A DNA stretch of 64,000 bases from Calcarisporiella thermophila CBS 279.70 (lineage: Eukaryota; Fungi; Calcarisporiellomycota), in assembly GCF_041956535.1 (NCBI RefSeq), contig NW_027192207.1, positions 529,374 through 593,373 on the forward strand, written 5' to 3'. The notes beneath the pieces were generated by a model. It was not told where the DNA came from. It saw only the letters and a program-made list of their open reading frames with translations, and ran no database searches. Shown piece by piece: positions 51,565 to 64,000 of the stretch. The translations under genes were made by a program, and so were the position numbers. How positions within the stretch are numbered: position 1 is the stretch's first letter; each line of letters starts with the position of its first letter.

Positions 51565-54500
51565 ATGGCAACATCTTTTTCTCCTACTTATTCGACCGCT
51601 TACTTGGTTGGTATGCAGGCTATCTATAAATGGCCAGGACAAAATACAGGCGATCTGATTTTCGATGCCGGTAAATTTTAACGTAGAAATTATTGCTAAC
51701 GCCATCGCTAATGCATCTTCTGTTTAATTTCGCTTCCAAGGGGATATAATTGATGTTTTCGATACTTGTAAGAAATTTTGGTTGATTAATCGCTCCCATT
51801 ATCACTGTGATTAATATTCTATGTTAAAAATAGCTGATCCAATATGGTGGAAAGGGATTTTGAGAAATTCGGGGGCGATTGGCACATTTCCAGCAAATTA
51901 TGTTACCACAGTGTAAATGGAATAACAATAATTTTAATATGTCAAGTTTATCTCACTCTTTGTCTTCATTTTATTAGAGAGCAGGGGAGATGGATACCAC
52001 TCGCTCACTCCGCCCACTCGCTTAACATACCTCCTTTGCATGCTAACATCGTCCTTCCTTCCTCAACACCTTTCATGGTGCCTACCTCTCTTGAACATTC
52101 TCAGGCAATAGGAGCAGCGGTAGGAAGTACCGGAAATAATTCCGATTCTGGTTACGGCACGGATCCTTTGTCGTGGTATGCTCTTGCAGCGCGCTCCACC
52201 AGCCCCGCCATGTTTAGTAGTGTCTCTATTTCTCCTACCCCTTCCACCACACAAAGATTATCACCCTCTCCGCGTCGTAAACCAGTTGATCGGTCCCTAC
52301 GGTCCACTCCTAAAACAGAGAAAGAATTAGATGCGAATTATCGAGTATCTCGGGTTCCCGTCTCCAGAACATTAGCTAAGCTGGTACAAGGCAAGTTTCA
52401 AAAGATAGAGCAACTCAAACATCAAGTATCGGCACGGAAAAAGAGTGCAGAGGACAATGAGTTGGTGAATAGCGAGCGTTCCTTGAGTCCAAAAGTAGGT
52501 GCAAAGGATAAAGCTCGACCTGTCTCAAACCCACCGGCTGTTGCATTAAAAGGCGTATTGAAGAAAACGTTGCCACTCCCAACGAATGTTGAGACGTTGC
52601 CTGTGGGTTCCTTTGAAAATGAAGAGAAGAAAATGTATATCGAGAAGCGCGCAAAGAAAAGTCCCAAAGCAAAAACGAAGACGAAGAAAAAGGACCAAAC
52701 CTCCAACTATCAACGTAGGAGAGCGTATAGTGTTTGCGAGGACCAGGCAAAGGAGGCCAACCCATATGCAAACCAAAATCTGTATCGTCTTTCTGTTCAA
52801 GAGTTACATTCAGAGGATATACTTCAAGAAGGGACTCATTCAATTGACTATCGAGATGATAGCGAGGATGAAGAAAGTGATCATGCAGATGGAGTTGAAT
52901 GGGAGAGCGCTATTGAGACAGCCATAAATACGGCACATCCGCACGATTTTGCCCAGAAATTATCCCATGTTTCAAGGCTTGAACAACGGACCAAATCGTC
53001 GGCTTTACGTGCAAAATCTGTGCCTCGTGCGCAAATTATAGATGACTCACCAAACAGGGAAGATACTGATGGTGTACGCTCACACCGTAAGCCAACTAGA
53101 ACACGCAAAGTTACTCCTGGGAACCGTCTCCTACACTCTCGCTCCGAAAGCAATGTAGCCGAAAAGTACTATGCCGAAACCAGAAAACTTAATGAGGATA
53201 GAGGTACGTTTCTTTTTTTCTAATTATCAATAAAATAACCCTGGCAAAGCAGCTACTGATTCTTCATTTCTTTGACTATATAGGATCGGCAATGACTCTA
53301 TCAGCATCCACAGCATCCCCTCTTTCTTCTCTCTCTTCAGCAAGTAGACATTCGAGCCGACGAAGTAATTCTAACGGGCTTCTACCCAATCTCCTGGGAC
53401 GCAATAGTGCCGTGATAGCTCCAGATGATAGCACAAGTAGTATTGCTACTCCTTCTTCCACCTCGTGTTCAGATCCTGATTGCAGAGATGAGAAGGCTCT
53501 TCGAAGACGCTCTACTGGAGGACTTAGCCATCAATTTAAAAAGATCTTCAATCCTACAAAAGCCCTACACGACGAAGCTCAACAACAGCAGCGAGCGGAG
53601 GCAAAAGTACGCAGCGTGCTTCGGGCTCTCTCTCCGGATCCAGAAAGTATTGCCGAGTGGCGCACAAATTTCAACCCTTTTGCGGTGCTGGAAAATTCAA
53701 TTGATATTATGGAACCGGGAAGTTGCTTGCAAATAAGGGGGGTCGATTTTACTCAAATTGACATATACGCGCGGAATATAAAACATCGTGCCTCGCTTCT
53801 AACCCCCGAAGTACTGGCGTGCAAATATCTTGTTCGGCCATATCGAAGAGATATCGAAAAGGCCCGGGTGCTTTTCACTTGGGTCGCCGAAAATATTCGG
53901 TATGATGACTCTGCTGAGGTGGAGGATGCGGCCTCAGAGAAGATTCCCACCAAACAAGCAGGAAAAGGAGGGCTGAAAAAACATTCTTCTATGGTACCCT
54001 ATTCTGAACGAGCTGACGCGGTATTGCAACGCAGAACGAGTCGTGAAGAAGGCTATGCTCGACTGTTCCATGCGTTAGCATTGGCTGTTGGGTTAGAGGA
54101 TCCGACCATTGTGCATGGGCATCGTAAACTTGAGCCAGGGGATCTCATAGAAGAAGACTGTGTACCTGCGATCGAGCATTATTGGAATGCAGGCAAGTAT
54201 ATATTTCACCCCAAGGAGTGGACACCGCATCATTATCCATTAATTAACGCTTCTGCCACTTTTTACATTTACCTGTACAGTGAAAATCGATGGTGAATAT
54301 CGGTTCATCGACTGCGCACTCGCTTCCCCAACACACCCATGTAACCGCAGAAAGAGTGAACTTGAGAATTACTATTTTCTCACTCGACCCTCGGGCCTCA
54401 TTTATACGCATTTTGCTTCCATGCCTGATCACCAATTCCTTGATCCACCGGTTGCTCCGGAAGTATTTTCAACCCTTCCGTATGTCACGCCTGCATTTTT

Positions 54501-55329
54501 CCGCTGCGGGTTGGAGGTGCTCGATTTTGAGCAGACATCGGTGGCATTGAAGGATGATGAGATATGCCATTTGAATATTGGATTACCAGAAATCGGAAAG
54601 GACGAAGTCGTGGACGTTTGGGCAGAGGTAGTGGTAGCACGATACGAATCGCAGCAGGACCAAGCGAGTCAAAATGGTGTTAAGGATGGAAAGGCTACGG
54701 TGCGCAAACGAGCGCTCTCTCAGTACCTGTACGTGATGGACCGGCGAGTGTGTAAAATTAAGGCCGTAATGCCAAATGCGAATGAACTGGGCCTCGTGAA
54801 AGTGTATACTGTGAAACGAAAACTGGGTGCTGCCTCTGACTCTTCCTCTAGCAGCACCTCTAGCAATAATATTACCTCCTTATTGCACAAGAACCAACAT
54901 TGGCACCACCATGGCAAACACACACATCATCCTTATCCGGGAGGAGAGCTCGCTCTGGTACTACAGATCTCGCATCGAGGAGAGCTTCAACCATTCAATT
55001 TCTTTATCCAGCATCGGCCGGCGGCGGATGATTTTTATGTGCGAGAGCCTGTGTGTCGCCGGCTCTATGCATTCCAACCCTATCGCTTCCATGTCGTGTC
55101 TAATGTGACACGGCATCGAAAGTTACAGCTGCGATCGCCCAACGGGAAAATGCACAAGTTTATCTATTTCCCTCAGGAATTTGCCTATGAGCTAGAGATA
55201 TCCTTGCAGCAACTAGGTGCGTGGGACCTGGTGTGTGCCCCCGATCCTCTTTCAGCGACTGGATCTGGAGGGGGTGTGAAAGTAAAGGGAGGAGTAGTAG
55301 TGTTAGCAACGTGGATTTGTGAGGTGTGA
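51565..55329 (+). CDS. CYK3: Cytokinesis protein Cyk3 (N-terminal SH3 + transglutaminase-like domain), multi-exon
   Basis: Spliced SH3 domain AIYKWPGQNTGDLIFDAGDIIDVFDTSDPIWWKG...GTFPANYV; TGase-like KARVLFTWVAENI, EGYARLF, HYWNA|VKIDGEYRFID; YFLTRP...YTHF. Confidence 0.88.
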
Positions 55330-56075
55330 ATATACCTTAGCTTTATAAATTGATGACATGTTAAGATTATCGCAAATTATATTTTCTTTTCACTCGCTAT
55401 GCTATATCCTTGATCTTGACATCATTATATGTTTGTATTTTTTTCCCGCTCTCTTCGTTTTCTTTATCTTTCAATTGAGGAATGTATATGTTTGTCTACT
55501 TACATAGCGTCGCAGAAGAATACATCGATGTCTATTGCTAATTATTATTGAGGGCAGATAGCAGCGTCAGAGTAGGCAGAATAGGCCGATGATGCGGCAC
55601 CTAATCCTACCGCTAGACTAGTCTTGGGTTAACCGTGGCGCAATTTTATTTTACCGCATACTGTCGAATGAAAAGCTCGTATTGTTTTGCCGAGATCGTT
55701 AAGTGGAATATTCACTTAACACTCACATACTTTTGATACGTTCGCATACAACCTGAAAATATACTATATGAAGCTCGCTCGCAACAATGCCATCCACCGT
55801 GGATCTAATCCACTGGTTGCGCCCATTGACAGAAGCTAGTATATCGGGATATATCTGGAAAAAGGAGCCAAGAAGCACTATGCTAACTCAAGTACAAATT
55901 CGATGCACTTAAAATAATATCCCAAAAAAAAACGCTTAGTCCTGTCAACCTATTCCCGGCTCCAAACTTCTATGGTAACAGTCGTTACACTTTCTACAAG
56001 AAATTCGCATAAGGCTAAACTAGCGTTAATAAAATCAAGGGTCTGCGGGTAAGCTTTGTTTGGTCCTTAAGAGGT

Positions 56076-56099
56076 TAGAGCAATAGAGCAATAGAGCAA
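56076..56099. repeat. Perfect 8-mer tandem repeat (TAGAGCAA)x3
   Basis: Seen directly in the sequence. Confidence 0.9.
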
Positions 56100-56446
56100 T
56101 GGGATTGTTCTCAGGGACTCCTTATACCAGCACGAGGGCCCGTTACTTGCGCAAAGGAGCAGGCCAGGTAGTGCGATGAAGCATCACAGTACCTCCGTGG
56201 ATAGCCCTCTGAAGAGAAACTGAAAAGCGGGCCCTGACAACAATGCAAATGTTTGGCCACAACTTCGCCCCTAATTAATCTTGCTTGGTTGGTCACCAAA
56301 ATTCATTTTCGAAATATTTGTGTCTGATTATTCCTGAAAAAGAAAGCGACGAAAAATAATTCTCTTTGCCTTTTCTCACTTCATCTCATCCCCCTGCATT
56401 TCTGGTATTGCATTCATTCTCATTGGCATTACATACTTAATTCATC

Positions 56447-57128
56447 ATGGCAGAATCTGTAAGTGTCTTCGCCGATGCTCATGTACTCGTGCACTCTCTG
56501 CACCTCCTTTGGAAAAGTGATTAGAGTGTGGATTGATGTCTTGAGCCACGGACGGATGAGGGCTAGGATTAGTATATGAATCATAGCCTGTGGCTCTTTC
56601 TTCTCTGCCGATCCTATATAATTGTGCTAATCCTGTTTATAAATAATACAGAAAGTCAAAAGTGACAAGCAGTTAGCTGAAGAGAAGGTATTGATAATAG
56701 CATTCAACGTGGATTTATAAGAATTTGACTTAATGTCCTGTACAATATAGGAAAAACTCAAGGAGGAGATTAAGGCCCTCGAGCAGGAGCTCGAGAGTTT
56801 ACAAAACAAAGAACAGCAGGTCAAGGCTGCTCTACTGTGAGTTGCTCAATTCATACTTCCTGCTATGAATGCATTGTGCTAATCTGAAAGCGATACAGCG
56901 ATAAATCCGATAAAGCAAATGAGGTCGTTGATAATCATATTAAGCAACTCCATGAATATAACGACGTTAAAGATTCTGGTCAGTTGTTGATTGGAAAGGT
57001 TGAAACCTTACATCATTGTCCGTAATCACAGCAATATTGATCTTAATTCTCTATTTTAGTGCGCTGAACTGGAGGGTTCAACTACTAAAGAGATATATGC
57101 ACGATTTGGGTTGCAGGTCGATGATTAA
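56447..57128 (+). CDS. SWI5: Recombination mediator Swi5/Sae3, 5 short exons
   Basis: VVDNHIKQLHEYNDVKDSGQLLIGK|CAELEGSTTKEIYARFGL matches the Swi5 family motif (S. pombe nomenclature). Confidence 0.88.
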
Positions 57129-57727
57129 AATGCCTGCTCTCCCATTAAAAGTATTTTTTTTAATCCTTTATAAACTCTTGGGCGCGACTATTTTGTAACT
57201 ATTGATGTCGCGTTAACCCAGAACTCTTTTTTTTTTTCCACCTTGCACTATTAATTCTTTTTTCATAATTAACAAAGATGTCATTGAAATGGCTTTACCT
57301 CACTTCGTATCTAATATTCAAAGACTCTCTATGTATAAAAAAGGAATGAAATTCATACACATACATTAGTATGGGAAATCTTTTGAATGCTTCGAAGTTT
57401 CAACAAAAGAGTGTCATCTATAATTTCACTATTATTTTGATAAAATTGGGGTTCATAATGAGAAAGGAAATTATATAGGTTCCCGCCACTTCTCTTTCTA
57501 AACCTAGTTATCATTTTAAGCTTGGCACGGAAACTGCGAGAATACCTCCAGCTCATACATGCCTATTAAAAAAAACCATTCTCCGAGAGTATATCAATTT
57601 AAATATCCATTATGGATGAGCCGAAAGGATCAAATTTTTCAGCAGAAAAAATAGCTGTCACTTGTGACTGACTATTTGAATTTGTTTGCTTCTCAGCTTC
57701 GAGTATACTACGAAAAGTTCAGTAAAC

Positions 57728-59726
57728 ATGACGCATCAACCTGATTCACAGCCTAGTTTACCTACCCTATCTCTTGCCGAAGAGAAGCCATCAGAAACTC
57801 TCCAGGAGAACAAAAACTCAATACCTCAACCTGCTCATCCAGAAGGCTCACCTGCCGATAAGGAGGAAGAACAGGAGAATGTTGATACCCGGGAAGGGCT
57901 AAAATCTGAAAACAATTCTTCCAGCGAGCTTAACAAAAAGGGCAAGCCGAAACGCGAACGTGGTCCAGGTCGAAAGCGCAAACGTAATGATGCTGAAAAT
58001 GAGGAAGCAGATAATGAAGACCAAGAGGGAGAAGATGCAGAGGATGAATCTCGCAAGAAACAGCAGCGATTGCCGAAACGCAAAGTTGCACTTTTATTGG
58101 GTTACTGTGGTACGGGATACCAAGGGCTTCAAGCGTGAGCACGTTTTTTCTACATTCTGTAAGCTGGATCGAATTCACTTATTAGGAATGCTTTCTTTAT
58201 AGTAACCCCAATGCAAAGACAATCGAGGGGGATTTATTTAAAGCTTTAGCTGCAGCTGGGGCCGTCTCGCAGGATAATGCGGATGATCCAAAGAAGGTGA
58301 GCCTATTGCGGTGTGCGCGCACAGATAAGGGGGTTCACGCAGCTGGGAACATTCTCTCTTTGAAAATGATCATCGAGGACTCAGATATTGTAGCAAAAGT
58401 AAATGAGTGTTTGCCAGAGCAAATCAGAGTATGGGGTTTGTATGGTTGCTTGTATTTGATGAGCTGTATTTATGCTGGACATGTTTGTCGATGTTTTCTC
58501 CAGGTTTCACAAGAGTGATCAAGTCCTTTAACCCCAAACAACTTTGCGATTCCCGTATGTACGAATATCTCCTTCCAACCTACATCCTTCGTCCTCAGAG
58601 CTCAGAAGAACTCGCTCGTGCCCAGTCGATTGCATCTCGAGCGAGTCAGGCCGCTGAAGTTAACGAGGCATTCATGCATCCAAAGCCGGTACCCGAGGAC
58701 ATCGCAGAGATGAGAAAGTACCGGATACCTGCTGAAACCTTGGAGAAAGTGCGACAAGGGTTTGAGATGTATCTAGGGACGCATAATTTCCACAACTTTA
58801 CCGTGGGCAAGAAGCCTGAGGACAGAAGCTGTAAGAGGCATATGATCAAAATCGAAGTAAGCTAAAGAAAAATATGAGGCTAAAGTTCATCATATACCTT
58901 ATCCTATCAATGCTCTTTATCAGATAAGCGACCCAATGATCATACGCGACACGGAATGGCTAAGTCTAAAAATCCACGGGCAATCTTTCATGCTTCATCA
59001 GATTCGCAAAATGGTTGGTGGGTAGCAAAAGGTGCATTTTTAGATTAGATGGAAAGCTTAATCTCTTCTTCCACGTGAATAGGCCTGATTATCCTACTTA
59101 TTCGCTCGGGCAGCCCCCTGGACCTGATACCTCGAACATTCCAGCATGACAGAATCAATATCCCCAAAGCGCCAGGAATCGGGCTCCTTCTTGAGCGGGT
59201 ACGAGTTTACTGTTAATTACTCTTGTCCTTTTTCATTGCTCTAATCACTATTCCCTTCTTTGCCAGCCCGTCTTCTCCTCATTCAACAAGAAGTGTAAGG
59301 AAAATGGCCGAGAGCAAATCGATTTTGATGTATACAAGGTATTACATTGCAAATAAGCTCGGCTATTGCAAAGGTGTGCTGATGGTCAATTCAACTTAGG
59401 ATGAAATTGAGGCGTTTAAGCAGAAATACATATATAACCAAATCATCGACGTGGAACTGGAAACGAACGCGTACATATCTTCTCATGTACCATTTTCAAC
59501 CATTCCCATGATATGCTAATGGTTTCCTTGTTAATTGAACAGGTTTGCGGCGTGGGTTCAGAGCATCGAAGTGCTTGCTGTTCAATCGCGGGCGGCCCTA
59601 TCGTATCTCAATAAAGAGGGCGTCATTCCTGCGGAGGCCATTGTCAAAGTGGGCCAAAAGATCGTCGAGCCGACGCTTGGCGGGGAGGAGGATGGGGAAG
59701 AAGCTGCCGAGAACGAGGACTGCTGA
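57728..59726 (+). CDS. PUS1: tRNA pseudouridine synthase 1 (TruA family), multi-exon
   Basis: PKRKVALLLGYCGTGYQGLQ, RCARTDKGVHA, GTHNFHNFT, GQSFMLHQIRKM and IPKAPGIGLLLE. Confidence 0.95.
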
Positions 59727-60012
59727 GGTTGGGATTGAACATTGCAGGATATGTCAAATAATAAAATCGAATTTCGTCAATTGTATGGGCTGAGTCACGT
59801 TTTTGTTTTTGGGCTTTCACGAAGATGTGGCACGGGTATGAATTTGAGTTCAGCCGTGAAAGCAATCCATATTCATAATCTCTCAGCATAGGCATAAAGC
59901 AACTAAGAAAAATAAATTTTGGCATCTGCTTTTCTCACTTTTCCCCTGCCTCACTTATCAATCTCTCATAGCTCATTCAGCCATTTCCCCCATTGTAATT
60001 CTATTTCAACCT

Positions 60013-60906
60013 ATGGAGGTCAAACCGCTCCACAATGAACTTGACCTGGAAAGAGTAAGCAAAATGGACAAGCGATTACTTGGTAAGTGTTATTTAACCG
60101 CCGTCACTAGATAAATAAACATCGGTTGGCGATAAGGGAATCTTTAGGGCCTAATGTAGCTTACTTTTGCTCTTCCTAATTTTCTTTATACTGTTTTTCC
60201 AAACGCAAGCACGATTACCCACGGTACTTCTCCGGGATCTGGATCCATTATTGCACCGAAAAAGACGCAGTTCGCAAGTAGAGCCTATACCGCTCAGACC
60301 TTGCACATCGCATGAAGACGGGAATTTCATTGAGCAACAGCAATTCGAAAACCATCAAGAAGTCGATCGTACAGCAATAGCAGACGGAAAAGAGACGCTA
60401 TCAAAAGTAAACAATGGGCTTTTTTATACATGCCTGATAATTACCTAACAAGAAAATGTTCAGTTTTTCTCGCAATGGTTCTCGCAATACTTCTTCGGCG
60501 TAGTGACACAGCTTTTCAAACCGCGGAATTTAAATGAACCTTTGATGAGCAACGGGCAAATGCAGTTGGAAGAATTGCATCTAAAGTATGGATTTACAAA
60601 ATAGCAATCATATTACTAAGATTCTCATGTTCCCATCTCTTCGCTAGAAAACCCGAGCAACAAGAGCAAGATGAACATATACCCCTCGCTGACTCATCCC
60701 TGTCAGAACCTAACGGCACCATCAGCTCCACTTCGATACGAACCGTTGATATGCTTGCCTCCCAGATGATTTCCTCTATGCGAGAAGATGAGCCCATTTC
60801 ACTGGATAAATATGAAGATGATGAGCGTGAAGATAGTGGAATTGAAATGGAGAACTACTCGGGACATGACTTAGAACTTGAAGGAGTCAATGGGGACGAG
60901 TATTGA
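60013..60906 (+). CDS. Hypothetical protein (4 exons, acidic C-terminus)
   Basis: ATG followed by exons joined by plausible GT-AG introns into an open frame ending ...GVNGDEY*; no recognised domain. Confidence 0.55.
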
Positions 60907-61142
60907 GAGTCGTATATATTTATTGTTTTCCTCGTACTTAATTAATTACCTATTCCCAACGTTTAATCACAAGCCTTGATTTCCCTTTTTTTTTTCCAGA
61001 CTTTTTCTTTTCATTATATGTATTTTTGTACGTTTGCTATTGCATTTTCTATCTCTCATTACTCTCTTGGATTTTTTTTCTTTTTTCCTAGAACTTCTCC
61101 TACATTTTGTATTATTTTCCTTCCATATATAACCAAAATACG

Positions 61143-61741
61143 TTAATCATTTTTCTTTTGCTTTTGCTGTCTGGCCCGAAGTTGCTGTCTCTTCACCTTC
61201 ACCATAAGTTTAGCGACGTTGCGGAGAAGCAGCATCTATACAAATGGATTAGTTAGTCAACCCCTCTCCAAAAACTCAGATTCAGAACTAATACCAGTGT
61301 CATCAGAATATTAAAGATTAAGGGCCCCGCCCATACGGTCGAAATGAACAAGCCTTCGTCGTCAAAATAGTTTGTGGAAGCAAACTCTCTCCAATACATT
61401 CTACCGACTGCATTCAAAGGCTGGGTCAAAGCGGCTAAGAAAAGAAAGAGAAAAAAGAGCGCAACGAGACTCTCAGTGTGATTCCGTGATACGACGACAG
61501 AAAGGAAGGAGAGAAAGTGAAAGGCGAGAATGCTGAGGAGCCAAGGCTGTTGCCAATCAACCTATGGAGTTGCAAGCCATTAGAAACTAGAGATGTGTGT
61601 GATAGCAAAGATTAGAGGTACAGCATTGATAAACTCTTTCATGTCATGAGTAAATTGAAACCAGGCCTTCTGTGGGTCAGGCCATGTCCAGGCACCATCC
61701 TTGAACACCAATGAAATCGGTCGTGAAGATGAGGTATCCAT
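61143..61741 (-). CDS. TMEM18: Transmembrane protein 18 homolog (3 exons)
   Basis: FINA|VDWQQPWLLSILAFH...LNAVGRMYWREFASTNYFDDEGLFISTVWAGPLI and a basic C-terminus KVKRQQLR. Confidence 0.85.
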
Positions 61742-62077
61742 TTCTTTCTGCTCTATATGCCATGTAGAGTGGTCAACTAGAATACAATTTAAGTAGATTA
61801 AAATGCGCCACAATTAAGTTTAGTATACCATGGATCTAGCTTTTGCTAGCAACATGTTTTATGCTGAATCCCTCTCGAGACAATATATAGGTTATTGATA
61901 TTATTGAGATTATGTGGCACAGAAATAAAAAGAGAATCAAGGAAAAAAAAAAAGGAACAAGAAATAAAAACTTGCCAAGAGCTTTTGAAGTGGCGAAGAG
62001 TGCTTTTCAACCCCTTTATTTCATCGTGCCATCGCATTGTTTGAACTGAAGGTGCACACAGCAACTCAATCCTTTCA

Positions 62078-63467
62078 TTAATAACGACGATACCTCTGAT
62101 CTCTCGACCGCTCTCGCCTCCCCCCACCAGAATATCCATCATAGCGGTCCCGATCTCTATCTCTCTCGCGATATCCACGGCCACCTGTCGGGCTCCTTGA
62201 GCGGCTTCTGTAATCTCTCCTTCGGGAATCGCGATACCCACCATATCGTCGATCATCGTATCTTCCTCCTCCATACCCTCCCCCCCCACCATAACGGTCG
62301 CGGCGATCGTATGAGGACCGGCTGCTATTGTGGCTAGCATAAGAGGAGTTGTCGTTCGAAGGGCCGTATGATTCGCGACCAGAATAACGCAGATTCTGTG
62401 AAGCCGAGCCGATTCGTGTGCCACCACCAAGGCCACCACCTAGAGAGAGTACCCACCCGAACAGAGCACACAAAATAGAAAAGAGAAAATATACAAACCG
62501 TTACGGATTTGGAAAGAAAACGTCGAATAACACGAAAGAAACAAAAATCCCATAACACTCTTTTTTTATCTCCGGAACTCCAAAATAAAAAAAGGAATGG
62601 GATGCGAAAAATAGTATTTTACCTAATCTCCGCGGCTTCCAACCTTTTACAGTGCGTCCGCGCTCCACATCCACCAGAATTCGCCTGCCCTTTAACTTGA
62701 GGCCATCGGCGTCTTTGTACGCGGCTTTCATATCCTTCTCACGCTCGAACTCAATAAAAGCGTATCCACGCGATTTGTTGTCTTGGTCTCTGACCAGGCG
62801 TATCTAGTAAACAAAATGCGTCTTCAATACATGAACTCCTCTCCAAATACTTCGAGCGAATGGTAAGACTTACACGGGCAATTGGTCCATATACCTCAAA
62901 CTCCCGTGCCAGATCCTTTTCAGTTAATTCATAGCTCTAAAATGTAGATGCATGAGCTCACACAAATGCTATCAAAACAAGACATAGATCGCAAAGACAC
63001 TCACCAATCGTGAGACAAAAATCGTTTTATAGGGATCGCCAGTGGCATTCGGATCGTTATTAGGATCCCCTGTAAAAAAAAGTAGACAATGATGAATAGT
63101 CGATAAAATAGAAATGAAAAGAAATGCCCTATACATTTTTCCAATGCCTCCTTTAAATTAATCTCGGCTCGCTTTTTCCTCTCCTCCAGCTAAAATTATT
63201 AAGAAAATAAAATAATGTGAGTCGCTTGGTCATCGTGTAACGATGGACATTTCTGCTCTTTCGCACCCTCTGTTTTCGCTTTTCTTCCGCAGTTGGGGTC
63301 GGAACATAATCTGGATCGTAATCTTTCAGCATAGACACATATTGAGCAATCCCAGTGATGGTCGGACCCCGTCTCGCTGATGGCTCTCTGTCTAGTGGAG
63401 GTGCATAAGGTAGAGGCGGGCGAGGCGCAAAGAGTTTCAAGAGACTAGGCGGAAGTTTATCTGTCAT
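62078..63467 (-). CDS. SNP1: U1 snRNP 70 kDa protein, multi-exon
   Basis: [67 protein letters not shown] and an RS/RD-rich tail. Confidence 0.96.
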
Positions 63468-63623
63468 TGGCTCTTAAGAGAACAACTGAAAATCGCAAGT
63501 TCCTTAGGCCGTGTTCATATTTCTTTTACAAAAAAAAAATTGTGACGTCACCGAGATTTTTTAGTTTTTATAATTTTTTAAGAGTTTGACATTATAAATG
63601 AAAAGTGGTTCCCATTCATAACA

Positions 63624-64000
63624 ATGCCTGTCGAAGAGCAGCCGGCAATCAAAACAGAGCCAGGCAAACCATGCCGCGTGTGCACTGATTTCAAATCATG
63701 GACCAAGCAGAAGAAACAAGAGACTGCCAAAGACTCGCCTAGCAATGCTCCCGCCAAGCCTTCCATAACTCCGGCACCCCTCCCCTCCAATCCCCCTACA
63801 TGCCCTCCTGATGCCGAGCAACTGGGTGCTGCAACCTGGACCTTTTTGCACACTATGGCGGCCTATTATCCAGACACGCCTACTCCTCCTCAGCAGGAAG
63901 GCATGACATCTATGCTCCGACATTTTTCATGGTTTTACCCATGCGGCCATTGTGCCGACCACTTGCGCAAAGAAATGAAGACACGGCCACCTAGAGTTGA
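63624..64000 (+). CDS. ERV1: FAD-linked sulfhydryl oxidase Erv1/ALR (3' truncated)
   Basis: KPCRVCTDFKSW, CPPDAEQLGAATWTFLHTMAAYYP and YPCGHCADHL. Confidence 0.95.
   Translation, partial: MPVEEQPAIKTEPGKPCRVCTDFKSWTKQKKQETAKDSPSNAPAKPSITPAPLPSNPPTCPPDAEQLGAATWTFLHTMAAYYPDTPTPPQQEGMTSMLRHFSWFYPCGHCADHLRKEMKTRPPRV

Noticed and set aside
53990-54320. Loss of the catalytic Cys in the transglutaminase-like domain (SREEGYA) as a novelty
   Set aside because: Fungal Cyk3 proteins are already known to lack the catalytic cysteine.
56135-56235. Hammerhead ribozyme (CTGAAGA...GAAA)
   Set aside because: Stem I cannot form, stem II is only ~1 bp, and the stem III register does not give a valid NUH site.

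Overview
Gene-dense, intron-rich eukaryotic DNA from a fungus. Short GT-AG introns, a nuclear ATP1, Ste50, Cyk3 and AA11 LPMOs, together with Pallidin-, TMEM18- and GCFC-like genes, suggest an early-diverging (Mucoromycota/Zoopagomycota-type) lineage; this placement is inferred. About 33 protein-coding genes were reconstructed by hand across introns. Most are housekeeping genes: Cdc24-like 3' end, HAT1, homeobox TF, ATP1, STE50, SER2, AIR1/2, NOT2, GCFC/NTR2, CBF5, MEF2-type MADS TF, IMPACT, VPS2, RPB8, MKK1, ABF2-like HMG, ORC2, Hsl1/Gin4-like kinase, CYK3, SWI5, PUS1, TMEM18, U1-70K and ERV1. Accessory highlights: (1) an AT-rich island at 48.3-49.9 kb with a Kex2-processed repeat precursor predicted to release three 48-aa Cys4/His9 peptides plus a block-charged tail, and a convergent, spliced second prepropeptide gene with a similar NVL(E)KR site; (2) two paralogous AA11 LPMOs, one with an extreme poly-Asp tail; (3) an intronless DHDPS-family aldolase, a candidate bacterial HGT; (4) a 181-bp CACTA/CMC-type MITE; (5) a hairpin-rich ~700-bp intergenic segment that may be a structured ncRNA; (6) two GC-AG introns. 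No rRNA, tRNA or CRISPR arrays were seen. All gene calls come from motif recognition; no database search was run.
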